Below, piece after piece: positions 30,931-39,730 of a stretch of DNA of 64,000 nucleotides. This DNA comes from Escherichia coli (GTDB taxonomy: Bacteria > Pseudomonadota > Gammaproteobacteria > Enterobacterales > Enterobacteriaceae): the NCBI RefSeq assembly GCF_044324785.1, contig NZ_CP172127.1. The stretch is one strand, 5' to 3'. Every line of letters begins with the position of its first letter. Within the stretch, counting starts at the first letter, position 1. The position numbers were made by a program, and so were the translations under genes. Under the pieces are notes generated by a model that ran no database searches, was not told the origin of the DNA, and saw nothing but the letters and a program-made list of their open reading frames with translations.

Positions 30931-31928
30931 CTTTCACTACTTCCACTCCTGGCAGTTTTCCTCTTTTTGTAGTGTCTCCCGGCTGCAGGCATCAGGTACT
31001 TTTCCGTCATTTCGTTGCAGAACTCTTCAATGTAGTTAATCAGCTTCTGGTGTGCTTTCACCTTTTCTTCCCCGGGGGACGCTTTCAGATAAATGTCCTC
31101 CTTTTCCACAAGTGTATTTATAAACTCTCCCGGACATCCCTGGTTATAAAGCAACGTGAAAAACAACACATTCCCCAGTCTCTCCAGTAACTGCGATTTA
31201 ACCCTGTATTGTTGTTTGCTGAGGATTGATTGTTTTATAAAGCTTAGTCTTGTTAAAAGTTGTTCAAATCCCGGTTCCAGTTTAAAAACAGATTTTAATA
31301 CCAGGGACTGATACTCCTGATAAAAAAGTTCAAACGTCGGGGATGCAGACTGACGAACAGATTTGGCTACAACCCATGGACTAAATCCCATGATTGGGAT
31401 TTCCTTCGCTCCCTCCAGCGCACTCAGAGGTAGTCCAGCAATCCATGCGTCCAGCTTAGCCGAATCAATATCCCCGCTCAAAACCTCATACAAACTGCCC
31501 GTGAACGGTTGAGTCGGTTTTTTTGTTGTTTTACCTTCTGATTGCCTGAATCCATCCACTTTTCTCCGGATATTACGCGGAATCAGCATAAAAGGCGGGA
31601 CATTAAGTGATAAACGTTTACCCGTCATACGATACCAGTGGCCCACCTCAACCTTAATCCGTGTATCTGGCCTTGTATCTGGCCTTGTATCTGGCCTTAG
31701 CTCAAGTGCTATTATGTTAAGCAGGTACAGATAACGCACCGTATAACAGTCAAAATGTTTCTCCGGATCAAACGGCTCTGATCGTTCTCTGCACACAAGT
31801 CCGCTGCGCTTCAGTATTCGCTGGGTATCTTTCCAGGCCTTACTCTGAAGAATGGTGGTAACTCTGGCTTTATTAGCAATCTCACGCAGCGCATCACTTT
31901 GTTGTGCCGTCATCTCTTCCCTCCACAC
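30927..31928 (-). CDS. Hypothetical protein (333 aa) with internal (TRPD)x3 repeat, divergent from the YfjP-like GTPase gene
   Basis: ORF convergent with the previous gene (stop codons overlap); in-frame 12-bp tandem repeat; no family recognised. Confidence 0.5.
   Translation of the reverse strand: MWREEMTAQQSDALREIANKARVTTILQSKAWKDTQRILKRSGLVCRERSEPFDPEKHFDCYTVRYLYLLNIIALELRPDTRPDTRPDTRIKVEVGHWYRMTGKRLSLNVPPFMLIPRNIRRKVDGFRQSEGKTTKKPTQPFTGSLYEVLSGDIDSAKLDAWIAGLPLSALEGAKEIPIMGFSPWVVAKSVRQSASPTFELFYQEYQSLVLKSVFKLEPGFEQLLTRLSFIKQSILSKQQYRVKSQLLERLGNVLFFTLLYNQGCPGEFINTLVEKEDIYLKASPGEEKVKAHQKLINYIEEFCNEMTEKYLMPAAGRHYKKRKTARSGSSES
31663..31698 (+). repeat. 12-bp perfect tandem repeat x3 (GTATCTGGCCTT), in-frame within the 333-aa gene
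   Basis: Three identical units encoding RPDTRPDTRPDTR on the minus strand. Confidence 0.9.
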
Positions 31929-32019
31929 TTTGTCACTCCAGATTTTTTCACGTCCATATTACCTGAATGATAAACCGGATTAGTGTGATCCGGTTCAGCG
32001 AAATCAACAGGATACCGGT

Positions 32020-32904
32020 ATGTCATTCAGCCATTCTTCCCTCTCTGCACAAGTGAAATCATATCTGACGTTTCTTCCTGAAGAAATTCGCCAGAAAATC
32101 CTTGAACATCTCCACGGTGTTATTCATTACGAGCCCGTGATTGGCATTATGGGTAAATCCGGCACAGGCAAAAGCAGCCTGTGTAATGCCATTTTTCAGT
32201 CCCATATCTGCGCCACGCATCCCCTGAACGGCTGCACCCGCCAGGCTCATCACCTCACCCTGCAGATCGGTGAACGCAGAATGACGCTGGTCGATCTGCC
32301 CGGCATTGGTGAGACACCGCAGCATGATCAGGAATACCGGGCACTTTATCATCAGTTGCTACCGGAACTGGATCTGATTATCTGGATCCTGCGGGCTGAT
32401 GAACGTGCGTATGCTGCCGATATTGCCATGCATCAGTTTTTACTGAATGAAGATGCCGATCCCTCGCGTTTTCTGTTTGTTCTCAGCCATGCCGATCGCG
32501 TGTTTCCTGCTGAAGAATGGAACGACACAGAAAAATGCCCGTCCCGTCAGCAGGAACTCTCACTGGCGACAGTAACAGCCCGGGTGGCCACCCTGTTCCC
32601 GTCATCATTTCCGGTACTCTCCGTTGCAGCGCCTGTCGGCTGGAATCTTCAGGCACTGGTGTCACTGATGATCCACGCACTGCCACCACAGGCAACCAGC
32701 GCGGTTTATTCGCATATCCGGAATGAAAAGCGCACTGCGCAGGATCAGCAACACGCACAGCAGGCTTTTGGTGACGCCATCGGCCAGAGTTTTGACGCTG
32801 CCATTGCCCGGTTCAGCTTTCCGGCCTGGATGCTGCAGCTTCTGCGCAAAGCCCGTGATCGCATTATCCGCCTGCTGATCACACTGTGGGATCGCCTGTT
32901 CTGA
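32020..32904 (+). CDS. YfjP/YeeP/YkfA-family GTPase (50S ribosome-binding GTPase domain)
   Basis: P-loop GIMGKSGTGKSSLCNAIF, then DLPGIGE (G3); conserved first gene of the CP4-type island terminal module. Confidence 0.8.
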   Translation: MSFSHSSLSAQVKSYLTFLPEEIRQKILEHLHGVIHYEPVIGIMGKSGTGKSSLCNAIFQSHICATHPLNGCTRQAHHLTLQIGERRMTLVDLPGIGETPQHDQEYRALYHQLLPELDLIIWILRADERAYAADIAMHQFLLNEDADPSRFLFVLSHADRVFPAEEWNDTEKCPSRQQELSLATVTARVATLFPSSFPVLSVAAPVGWNLQALVSLMIHALPPQATSAVYSHIRNEKRTAQDQQHAQQAFGDAIGQSFDAAIARFSFPAWMLQLLRKARDRIIRLLITLWDRLF

Positions 32905-33013
32905 ATGTCCCCGCTTTTTGACCGGCCCCGGCGATAACCAGGAAACGCATTTCCGGTTGCGTCACCACAATGCTGAAGGGCTTCGGTAAACCCTCATTCA
33001 TTTCATCCATCAG

Positions 33014-33044
33014 GCCGCGTCTTCTCCGTGAGACGCGGCTTTTT
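33014..33044 (+). terminator. Intrinsic terminator after the GTPase gene
   Basis: GCCGCGTCT-tctccgtg-AGACGCGGC followed by TTTTTC. Confidence 0.55.
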
Positions 33045-33089
33045 CATTGATTACGTCATTCAGTCTTAACCACTGATAAGGAGCAAAGT

Positions 33090-33908
33090 ATGCGATTAGC
33101 CAGTCGTTTTGGTTATGCGAACCAGATACGCCGTGACCGTCCGCTGACCCGTGAAGAGCTGATGCACCATGTGCCCGGGATTTTCGGGGAAGATAAACAC
33201 ACCTCCCGGAGCCGGAACTATACATACATCCCCACCATCACCGTGCTGGAAAGCCTGCAGCGGGAAGGCTTTCAGCCATTCTTCGCCTGCCAGACCCGCG
33301 TACGTGACCCGGGCCGCCGGGGGTATACCAAACACATGCTGCGTCTGCGCCGTGACGGGGAGATAAACGGACAACATGTCCCTGAAATCATCCTGCTGAA
33401 CTCCCATGACGGTACCTCCAGCTACCAGATGCTGCCGGGTTACTTCAGGTTCGTCTGCCAGAACGGATGCGTCTGCGGTCAGTCTCTGGGGGAAGTGCGT
33501 GTTCCGCACCGGGGAAATGTGGTGGACAGAGTCATTGAAGGGGCTTACGAGGTGGTGGGCGTGTTTGACCGGATAGAGGAGAAGCGTGATGCCATGCAGT
33601 CGCTGGTCCTGCCGCCACCGGCACGCCAGGCGCTGGCACAGGCGGCACTGACTTACCGTTATGGTGACGAACATCAGCCCGTCACCACCGCCGACATTCT
33701 GACACCACGACGCCGGGAGGATTACGGTAAGGACCTGTGGAGTGCTTATCAGACCATCCAGGAGAATATGCTGAAAGGCGGGATTTCCGGTCGCAGTGCA
33801 AAAGGAAAACGTATCCATACCCGGGCCATTCACAGCATTGATACCGATATAAAACTCAACCGCGCATTGTGGGTGATGGCAGAAACGCTGCTGGAGAGCA
33901 TGCGCTGA
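33090..33908 (+). CDS. DUF932-family protein (YfjQ-like)
   Basis: 272 aa; position and size match the YfjQ slot of CP4-type islands; recalled similarity only. Confidence 0.7.
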   Translation: MRLASRFGYANQIRRDRPLTREELMHHVPGIFGEDKHTSRSRNYTYIPTITVLESLQREGFQPFFACQTRVRDPGRRGYTKHMLRLRRDGEINGQHVPEIILLNSHDGTSSYQMLPGYFRFVCQNGCVCGQSLGEVRVPHRGNVVDRVIEGAYEVVGVFDRIEEKRDAMQSLVLPPPARQALAQAALTYRYGDEHQPVTTADILTPRRREDYGKDLWSAYQTIQENMLKGGISGRSAKGKRIHTRAIHSIDTDIKLNRALWVMAETLLESMR

Positions 33909-33999
33909 TGCTGTTTCCCTGAAAGTGCAGCCCTGACTCACGTCTGTACCAGTCCCCAGGCATTCTTCCATTCATTTACTTTTTATAAGGAATCATCTC

Positions 34000-34485
34000 A
34001 TGACAACCTTTTCGCATAGCTCCACCACACCTTCTGTTTCCGTAACTACTGCATCAGGGAATAACCAGTCTCAACTGGTTGCCACTCCCGTCCCTGATGA
34101 ACAGCGCATCAGCTTCTGGCCGCAGCATTTTGGCCTCATTCCACAGTGGGTGACCCTGGAGCCCCGTGTCTTCGGCTGGATGGACCGTCTGTGCGAAGAC
34201 TACTGCGGTGGTATCTGGAATCTGTACACCCTGAACAACGGCGGGGCATTTATGGCCCCCGAACCGGATGATGATGATGACGAAACATGGGTACTGTTCA
34301 ATGCCATGAACGGTAACCGCGCTGAAATGAGCCCGGAAGCCGCCGGCATTGCTGCCTGTCTGATGACGTACAGTCATCACGCCTGCCGTACGGAGTGTTA
34401 TGCCATGACGGTTCATTATTACCGTCTGCGGGATTACGCCCTGCAGCATCCGGAATGCAGCGCCATTATGCGCATCATTGACTGA
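34000..34485 (+). CDS. Antirestriction protein (ArdB/KlcA-like; YfjX/YafX family)
   Basis: 161 aa with acidic stretch PEPDDDDDETW and ...GGIWNLYTLNNGGAFMAPE, typical of KlcA/ArdB-like island proteins. Confidence 0.7.
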   Translation: MTTFSHSSTTPSVSVTTASGNNQSQLVATPVPDEQRISFWPQHFGLIPQWVTLEPRVFGWMDRLCEDYCGGIWNLYTLNNGGAFMAPEPDDDDDETWVLFNAMNGNRAEMSPEAAGIAACLMTYSHHACRTECYAMTVHYYRLRDYALQHPECSAIMRIID

Positions 34486-34500
34486 AAGGGGGCCGGAACA

Positions 34501-34977
34501 ATGCAACAGATTTCCTTTCTGCCCGGAGAAATGACAACCAGAGAGCGCAGCCTCATTCAGCGGGCCCTGAAAGCCCTGGACCGCCATCTTCATGAACCCG
34601 GCGTGGCCTTCACCTCCACCCGTGCGGCACGGGAATGGCTGATTCTGAACATGGCGGGACTGGAGCGTGAAGAATTCCGGGTGCTGTATCTGAACAACCA
34701 GAATCAGCTGATTGCCGGTGAAACCCTCTTCACCGGCACCATCAACCGCACGGAAGTCCATCCCCGGGAAGTGATTAAACGCGCCCTGTACCACAATGCC
34801 GCTGCCGTGGTGCTGGCACACAATCACCCGTCCGGTGAAGTCACACCCAGTAAGGCAGACCGCCTTATTACGGAACGTCTGGTACAGGCACTGGCCCTGG
34901 TGGATATCCGGGTGCCGGACCATCTGATAGTCGGTGGCAGCCAGGTTTTCTCCTTTGCCGAACATGGTCTGCTTTAA
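34501..34977 (+). CDS. RadC-like JAB/MPN-domain protein (YeeS/YfjY/YkfG family)
   Basis: JAMM motif HNHPSGEVTPSKADRLITERL; 158 aa. Confidence 0.85.
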   Translation: MQQISFLPGEMTTRERSLIQRALKALDRHLHEPGVAFTSTRAAREWLILNMAGLEREEFRVLYLNNQNQLIAGETLFTGTINRTEVHPREVIKRALYHNAAAVVLAHNHPSGEVTPSKADRLITERLVQALALVDIRVPDHLIVGGSQVFSFAEHGLL

Positions 34978-35039
34978 CCCGTCACAACCACATCACACCT
35001 GTTTTCACTTTTATCTTCTGTCTTCAGAGGTATCCCATT

Positions 35040-35261
35040 ATGAAAATCATCACCCGTGGTGAAGCCATGCGTATTCACCAACAGCATCCTGCATCCCGTC
35101 TTTTTCCGTTCTGTACCGGCAAATACCGCTGGCACGGTGGCACTGAAGCGTATACCGGTCGTGAAGTGCAGGATATTCCCGGTGTGCTGGCCGTGTTTGC
35201 AGAACGCCGTAAGGACAGTTTTGGTCCGTATGTCCGGCTGATGAGCGTCACCCTGAACTGA
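35040..35261 (+). CDS. DUF987-family small protein (YeeT/YkfH/YpjJ-like)
   Basis: 73 aa; conserved slot between the radC-like gene and the TA pair. Confidence 0.6.
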   Translation: MKIITRGEAMRIHQQHPASRLFPFCTGKYRWHGGTEAYTGREVQDIPGVLAVFAERRKDSFGPYVRLMSVTLN

Positions 35262-35275
35262 GTCAGGGCATTCTG

Positions 35276-35920
35276 ATGAGCAGAATTATCACCATCACAG
35301 TGTATACGCTGGATGAACTTTCCTGCCCGGCACGGGAAAAAGCCCGCGACGGGTACCGTCAGCATCATGCTGACAGCAGCTGGTATGAAAACGTGTATGA
35401 GGACTTCAGGGCGGTCTGTGACATTGTCGGGATTGCCCTCCGCCAGCGAGTTATCCGGCTCAGCAGCGGCAGGTTTATGGAAGAGCCGTGCATCTGGTTC
35501 AGCGGCTTCAGCAGCCAGGGGGACGGAGCCTGTTTTGACGGGCGCTGGCACTGGCAGCCGGCAACAGCCAGGAAAATCCGGGAATATGCCCCGCAGGACC
35601 GTGAGCTTCATCGTATCGCGGATGCCCTGCAGGCGGTGCAGAAGCGTAACTTCCGGCAGCTTCAGGCTGAAATCCGCCACCGGGGACGCTACTGCCATCC
35701 GTACAGCATGGATATCACCGTCACCCGGGACAGTCCGACTGGTCAGGCTATGACAGCCGATGCGGAAGCCGCTGTCAGCGAAGCCCTGCGCGACCTGGCC
35801 TTCTGGCTGTACCGTCAACTGGAAAACGAGTACGACCAGATGACCTCAGACGCCGCTGTGGATGAGGCCATTCTCATCAATGCATACATCTTCACCGAAA
35901 CCGGTCAGCGCACCGGCTGA
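35276..35920 (+). CDS. Hypothetical protein (214 aa) in the variable slot between the DUF987 gene and cbeA
   Basis: ORF with consistent coding composition; no motif recognised; the overlapping antisense ORF 35075..35818 is rejected. Confidence 0.5.
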   Translation: MSRIITITVYTLDELSCPAREKARDGYRQHHADSSWYENVYEDFRAVCDIVGIALRQRVIRLSSGRFMEEPCIWFSGFSSQGDGACFDGRWHWQPATARKIREYAPQDRELHRIADALQAVQKRNFRQLQAEIRHRGRYCHPYSMDITVTRDSPTGQAMTADAEAAVSEALRDLAFWLYRQLENEYDQMTSDAAVDEAILINAYIFTETGQRTG

Positions 35921-35969
35921 CCTGTCATCGTTAAACCATTCTTAACCACTTTTCAGAGAGGATTTTATC

Positions 35970-36338
35970 GTGTCAGACACACTCTCCGGGATAACTCATC
36001 CCGACGACAATCACGACCGCCCCTGGTGGGGGCTTCCCTGCACAGTGAGGCCCTGTTTTGGCGCCCGTCTGGTGCAGGAGGGTAACCGGTTGCATTACCT
36101 TGCCGACCGCGCCGGCATCAGAGGCCGGTTCAGCGATGCGGATGCATACCATCTGGACCAGGCCTTTCCGCTGCTGATGAAACAACTGGAACTCATGCTC
36201 ACCAGCGGTGAACTGAATCCCCGCCATCAGCATACCGTCACGCTGTATGCAAAAGGGCTGACCTGCGAAGCCGACACCCTCGGCAGTTGTGGTTACGTTT
36301 ATCTGGCTGTTTATCCGACGCCCGAAACGAAAAAGTAA
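35970..36338 (+). CDS. cbeA: CbeA/YeeU/YfjZ-family type IV antitoxin
   Basis: MSDTLSGITHPDDNHDRPWWGLPCTVRPCFGARLVQEGNRLHYLADRAGIRGRF...YVYLAVYPTPE matches the family. Confidence 0.8.
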   Translation: MSDTLSGITHPDDNHDRPWWGLPCTVRPCFGARLVQEGNRLHYLADRAGIRGRFSDADAYHLDQAFPLLMKQLELMLTSGELNPRHQHTVTLYAKGLTCEADTLGSCGYVYLAVYPTPETKK

Positions 36339-36428
36339 ACCACCGGAATAACCTTCTGCTCCGGCCAGGTGTTTTCACCACGCCACTCTCCCCATAATTT
36401 AATCTCTCATATCAGGAAAATCTTCAGT

Positions 36429-36839
36429 ATGAAATTATTACCCGACACACATGTACGGGAGGCATCGTGCTGCCCGTCTCCCGTCACCATCTGGCAGACA
36501 CTGCTCATCCGTCTGCTGGACCAGCACTATGGCCTCACACTGAATGACACACCGTTCGCTGATGAACGTGTGATTGAGCAGCATATTGAGGCCGGCATTT
36601 CACTGTGCGATGCGGTGAACTTTCTCGTTGAAAAATACGCACTGGTACGTACCGACCAGCCGGGATTCAGCGCAGGAGCCCCGTCGCAGTTAATCAACAG
36701 CATCGATATTCTCCGGGCCCGCCGGGCAACAGGCCTGATGACACGTAATAACTACAGAATGGTAAATAACATTACCCTGGGTAGCATCCGGGGGCGAAAC
36801 GATGAAACTTTCCCTGACGCTGGAAGCCGACAGCGTTAA
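36429..36839 (+). CDS. cbtA: CbtA/YeeV/YpjF-family toxin (cytoskeleton-binding toxin)
   Basis: ...[67 protein letters not shown]...[16 protein letters not shown] matches the CbtA family; start set at MKLLPDTH. Confidence 0.75.
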   Translation: MKLLPDTHVREASCCPSPVTIWQTLLIRLLDQHYGLTLNDTPFADERVIEQHIEAGISLCDAVNFLVEKYALVRTDQPGFSAGAPSQLINSIDILRARRATGLMTRNNYRMVNNITLGSIRGRNDETFPDAGSRQR

Positions 36840-37227
36840 CGTACAGGCGCTGAACATGGGGCGAATTGTCGTTGACATTGATGGTGTTGAGCTCACTGAA
36901 CTGATTAACAAGGTCGCTGAAAACGGTTATTCACTCCGCGTGGTGGATGAACGTGACGCTACCGAAACACCGGCGACTTCTGCCAGCTCTCATCAGTTGC
37001 CGGAAGACAATACAGTGATACAGAGCGTGATGCCATTAACCACTGAAACAGCGCTGGATATCCTCATTGCGTGGCTGCAGGACAATATCGACTGCGGGTC
37101 CGGAATTATTTTCGACAACGATGAGGATAAAACGGATTCGGCAGCACTGCTGCCCTGTATCGAACAGGCCAGAGCAGATATCCGCACCCTGCGCCAGCTG
37201 CAGCAGCTTCTGCAACAGAACCGGTGA
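36802..37227 (+). CDS. YeeW-like hypothetical protein
   Basis: 141-aa ORF in the slot occupied by yeeW downstream of cbtA in CP4-44 (recalled); overlaps the cbtA 3' end. Confidence 0.45.
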   Translation: MKLSLTLEADSVNVQALNMGRIVVDIDGVELTELINKVAENGYSLRVVDERDATETPATSASSHQLPEDNTVIQSVMPLTTETALDILIAWLQDNIDCGSGIIFDNDEDKTDSAALLPCIEQARADIRTLRQLQQLLQQNR

Positions 37228-37323
37228 GTCTTACTCATCATCTCACTCACCAGACTTCATTCCACTGACACCAGCCTGAACAGGGCTGGCGTTTTCATTT
37301 ATCTGCAAAAAGGAATATCGATT

Positions 37324-38190
37324 ATGTCTAAAATCACAGTCTCCCGTCCGGAAGTGGTCAACGGGCATACGGACGTTATCTGTTCCACCTCAATCTGCCA
37401 CATTCTGGCTGTACGAAAGAATACACTGCTGCAAATCGACACACTTATCCGGCAACTGGCTGAAATCTCGGTGCTGACGGAAAGCATCGGAGGTAAAACT
37501 GCCCCGGACTGGGCCATGAAACAGGATTTTCGCTGCGGATGCTGGCTCATGGAGAAACCTGAAACGGCAATGAAAGCCATTACCCGGAATCTTGACCGCG
37601 AAATCTGGCGTGACCTGATGCAACGTTCAGGGATGCTTTCCTTAATGGATGCACAGGCCCGTGATACATGGTACCGATCACTGGAATACGATAATTTTCC
37701 GGAAATCAGTGAAGCGAACATTCTGAGCACATTTGAACAACTGCACCAGAATAAGGATGAGGTGTTTGAGCGAGGGGTGATCAACGTCTTCAGGGGACTG
37801 AGCTGGAATTACAAAACCAATTGCCCCTGCAAATTTGGCAGTAAAATTATCGTCAACAACCTGGTGAGGTGGGACCGGTGGGGGTTTCATCTGAACAACG
37901 GCCCACAGGCCGATCGACTTGCCGATCTGGAAAGAATGCTGCACCTGTTCAGCGGCAAACCGATCCCCGACAACCGGGAAAACATCACCATTCATCTGGA
38001 TGATCACATCCAGTCTGTTCAGGGTAAAGAGGACTATGAAGATGAGATGTTCAGCATCAGATACTTTAAGAAGGGCTCCGCGCACATCACGTTCAGGAAA
38101 CCAGAGCTGGTTGACAGGCTTAATGATATTATTGCCAGACACTACCCGGAAGCCCTGGCAAGCACAGTGAACAAAAGCCGCAAGGCATAA
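37324..38190 (+). CDS. Hypothetical protein (288 aa), conserved-looking island protein of unknown function
   Basis: Long ORF with the GGAATATCGATTATG start context; no catalytic motif recognised. Confidence 0.5.
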   Translation: MSKITVSRPEVVNGHTDVICSTSICHILAVRKNTLLQIDTLIRQLAEISVLTESIGGKTAPDWAMKQDFRCGCWLMEKPETAMKAITRNLDREIWRDLMQRSGMLSLMDAQARDTWYRSLEYDNFPEISEANILSTFEQLHQNKDEVFERGVINVFRGLSWNYKTNCPCKFGSKIIVNNLVRWDRWGFHLNNGPQADRLADLERMLHLFSGKPIPDNRENITIHLDDHIQSVQGKEDYEDEMFSIRYFKKGSAHITFRKPELVDRLNDIIARHYPEALASTVNKSRKA

Positions 38191-38261
38191 AAGAGGTATT
38201 TTACAATTCGCGAATATTAACTATTATTAATTGATAGTAATCAATCGGCGAGAAAATAACC

Positions 38262-38525
38262 ATGCCTACCAGTGTATCCCTCAGTCCTTACTTTGAAACG
38301 TTTATCCGCGAACAAATAGAAAGTGGTCGGTACAACAATACAAGTGAAGTCATTCGTGCCGGACTTCGTGCGCTGGAAGAACGGGAACAGCAGATAAAGC
38401 TTGAATCACTCCAGAGCGCCGTGACCGCAGGCATCAACAGCGGTGAAAGTAAAAGTGCTGAAGAGGTATTCGGGCGACTGACGCACAAATACAAAAAGAT
38501 GGCAGAAGGTGAACAGCCAATATGA
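38262..38525 (+). CDS. parD: ParD-family type II antitoxin (ribbon-helix-helix)
   Basis: 87 aa; ...SEVIRAGLRALEEREQQIKLESLQSAVTAGINSGES... typical of ParD; stop overlaps the toxin start (ATGA at 38522). Confidence 0.75.
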   Translation: MPTSVSLSPYFETFIREQIESGRYNNTSEVIRAGLRALEEREQQIKLESLQSAVTAGINSGESKSAEEVFGRLTHKYKKMAEGEQPI

Positions 38526-38848
38526 AACTGACTGTTTCACCATTAGCAGAACACGATCTTGAAGCTATAGGTGACTGGATCGCTCAGGATAATCCTGTCC
38601 GTGCAATCAGTTTTACCGAAGAGCTTTACCAACAATGTCTGTTGATAGCCGAATCGCCAGTACTCTACAGAGAAAGACCCGAGTTAGGGGCTGGGATCAG
38701 AGGTTGTTCGTATGGTCGTTACCTTCTGCTGTTCAGGGTACTGGATACTGAAGTTCGTATCGAACGTATCGTTCATGGTTCCCGGGATATCAACAGGGTA
38801 CTTGCAGAGCCAGACGACAAACCATCAGATCATTTCTGGCAGCCATAA
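38522..38848 (+). CDS. parE: ParE/RelE-family type II toxin
   Basis: 108 aa, ...LLLFRVLDTEVRIERIVHGSRD... ParE-like; translationally coupled to parD. Confidence 0.75.
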   Translation: MKLTVSPLAEHDLEAIGDWIAQDNPVRAISFTEELYQQCLLIAESPVLYRERPELGAGIRGCSYGRYLLLFRVLDTEVRIERIVHGSRDINRVLAEPDDKPSDHFWQP

Positions 38849-39095
38849 ACAAAATCTGTGCGTTAACGCTCCCTAACACAGGTAGCCAGGTATTTTATAA
38901 ATCTCTGTATTTTGTTGTCACTTCGATTCCGCGATTCAGCATATCGAACCAGATAAAATGATTACAACAAACCACAAGAAAGAGGGATTATAGCGTCAAA
39001 AGAATTCGAATTGCACATGGGGGCCTCATTGGTGGCCTCAAAAATAACAAACACAAAACAATCAATATAAAACAACTTGTTATACAACCAGTTTC

Positions 39096-39114
39096 ATTCC
39101 GAGTCCGGGCACCA
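39096..39114 (+). repeat. 19-nt direct repeat of the tRNA-Phe 3' end (attR-like island boundary)
   Basis: ATTCCGAGTCCGGGCACCA equals the 3' terminal 19 nt of E. coli tRNA-Phe (pheU/pheV) as recalled; upstream sequence does not fold as a tRNA; followed by the tRNA-type terminator. Confidence 0.7.
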
Positions 39115-39126
39115 AATTCATATAAA

Positions 39127-39151
39127 CGGACCTCCACGGAGGTCCGTTTTT
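39127..39151 (+). terminator. Intrinsic terminator (native pheU-downstream type)
   Basis: CGGACCTCC-ac-GGAGGTCCG followed by TTTTT. Confidence 0.6.
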
Positions 39152-39730
39152 CGTTTCAGGACGCCACAATTTAAGCGTTCTGCCTAAAAATCATTTCTAC
39201 CGAACTCAACCAGATTCTCCCCACATCACCAGCAATTTGCGGGCATATCCCAATTCGGGGAAATGTGTTCCTGAGCTATAGCACTGACTGACGTGAAATG
39301 TCGTGCGGCCCCGTGATGCTGTTGAACGTCAAATGACGTCATCAGGAGCGTAACGCATCCATAAAGCACAACATCGGGCAGAACGCCGACTGATAAGATT
39401 TTCTGAATGAGAACAAAGAGAAATGTATCAGTCCGCTTGCTCATGCAAAGACTAACAATCCATTAAAATAGTAAGCGCTCCGGGCAATTTTCCATGGATT
39501 ATTTTCTGAACATTTTTCTTTGGCAAAGATGATGAATTTTGATGGTAAGGAATATTACTTCTGGTTCTCAGTAAAATCCTTTCGTAATACTATGTGATCA
39601 AGAAGTTTATGGCTGGTAAAAATAACGTCTTGCATTCACCAATAATATGTAAATAAACCCATCTATAGATGGTAAAAATAGGTTGTGGCAATTATCATTG
39701 CATCATTCCCTTTTCGAATGAGTTTCTATT

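Noticed and set aside
33096-34965. Long minus-strand ORFs (291 aa and 303 aa) across the DUF932, antirestriction and radC-like genes
   Set aside because: They overlap a same-direction run of + strand genes with recognisable motifs; the GC-rich coding DNA gives long antisense frames.
35075-35818. 247-aa minus-strand ORF overlapping the 214-aa + strand gene
   Set aside because: Antisense frame; the + strand gene fits the co-directional operon and start context better, though neither has a recognised motif.
39061-39120. Intact tRNA-Phe gene
   Set aside because: Only the last 19 nt of the tRNA are present; upstream sequence has no acceptor, D or anticodon arm, so it is an att-site repeat, not a tRNA gene.
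39226-39444. 72-aa minus-strand ORF between attR and cadC
   Set aside because: No RBS or motif and atypical composition; possibly a remnant, but nothing supports calling it a gene.
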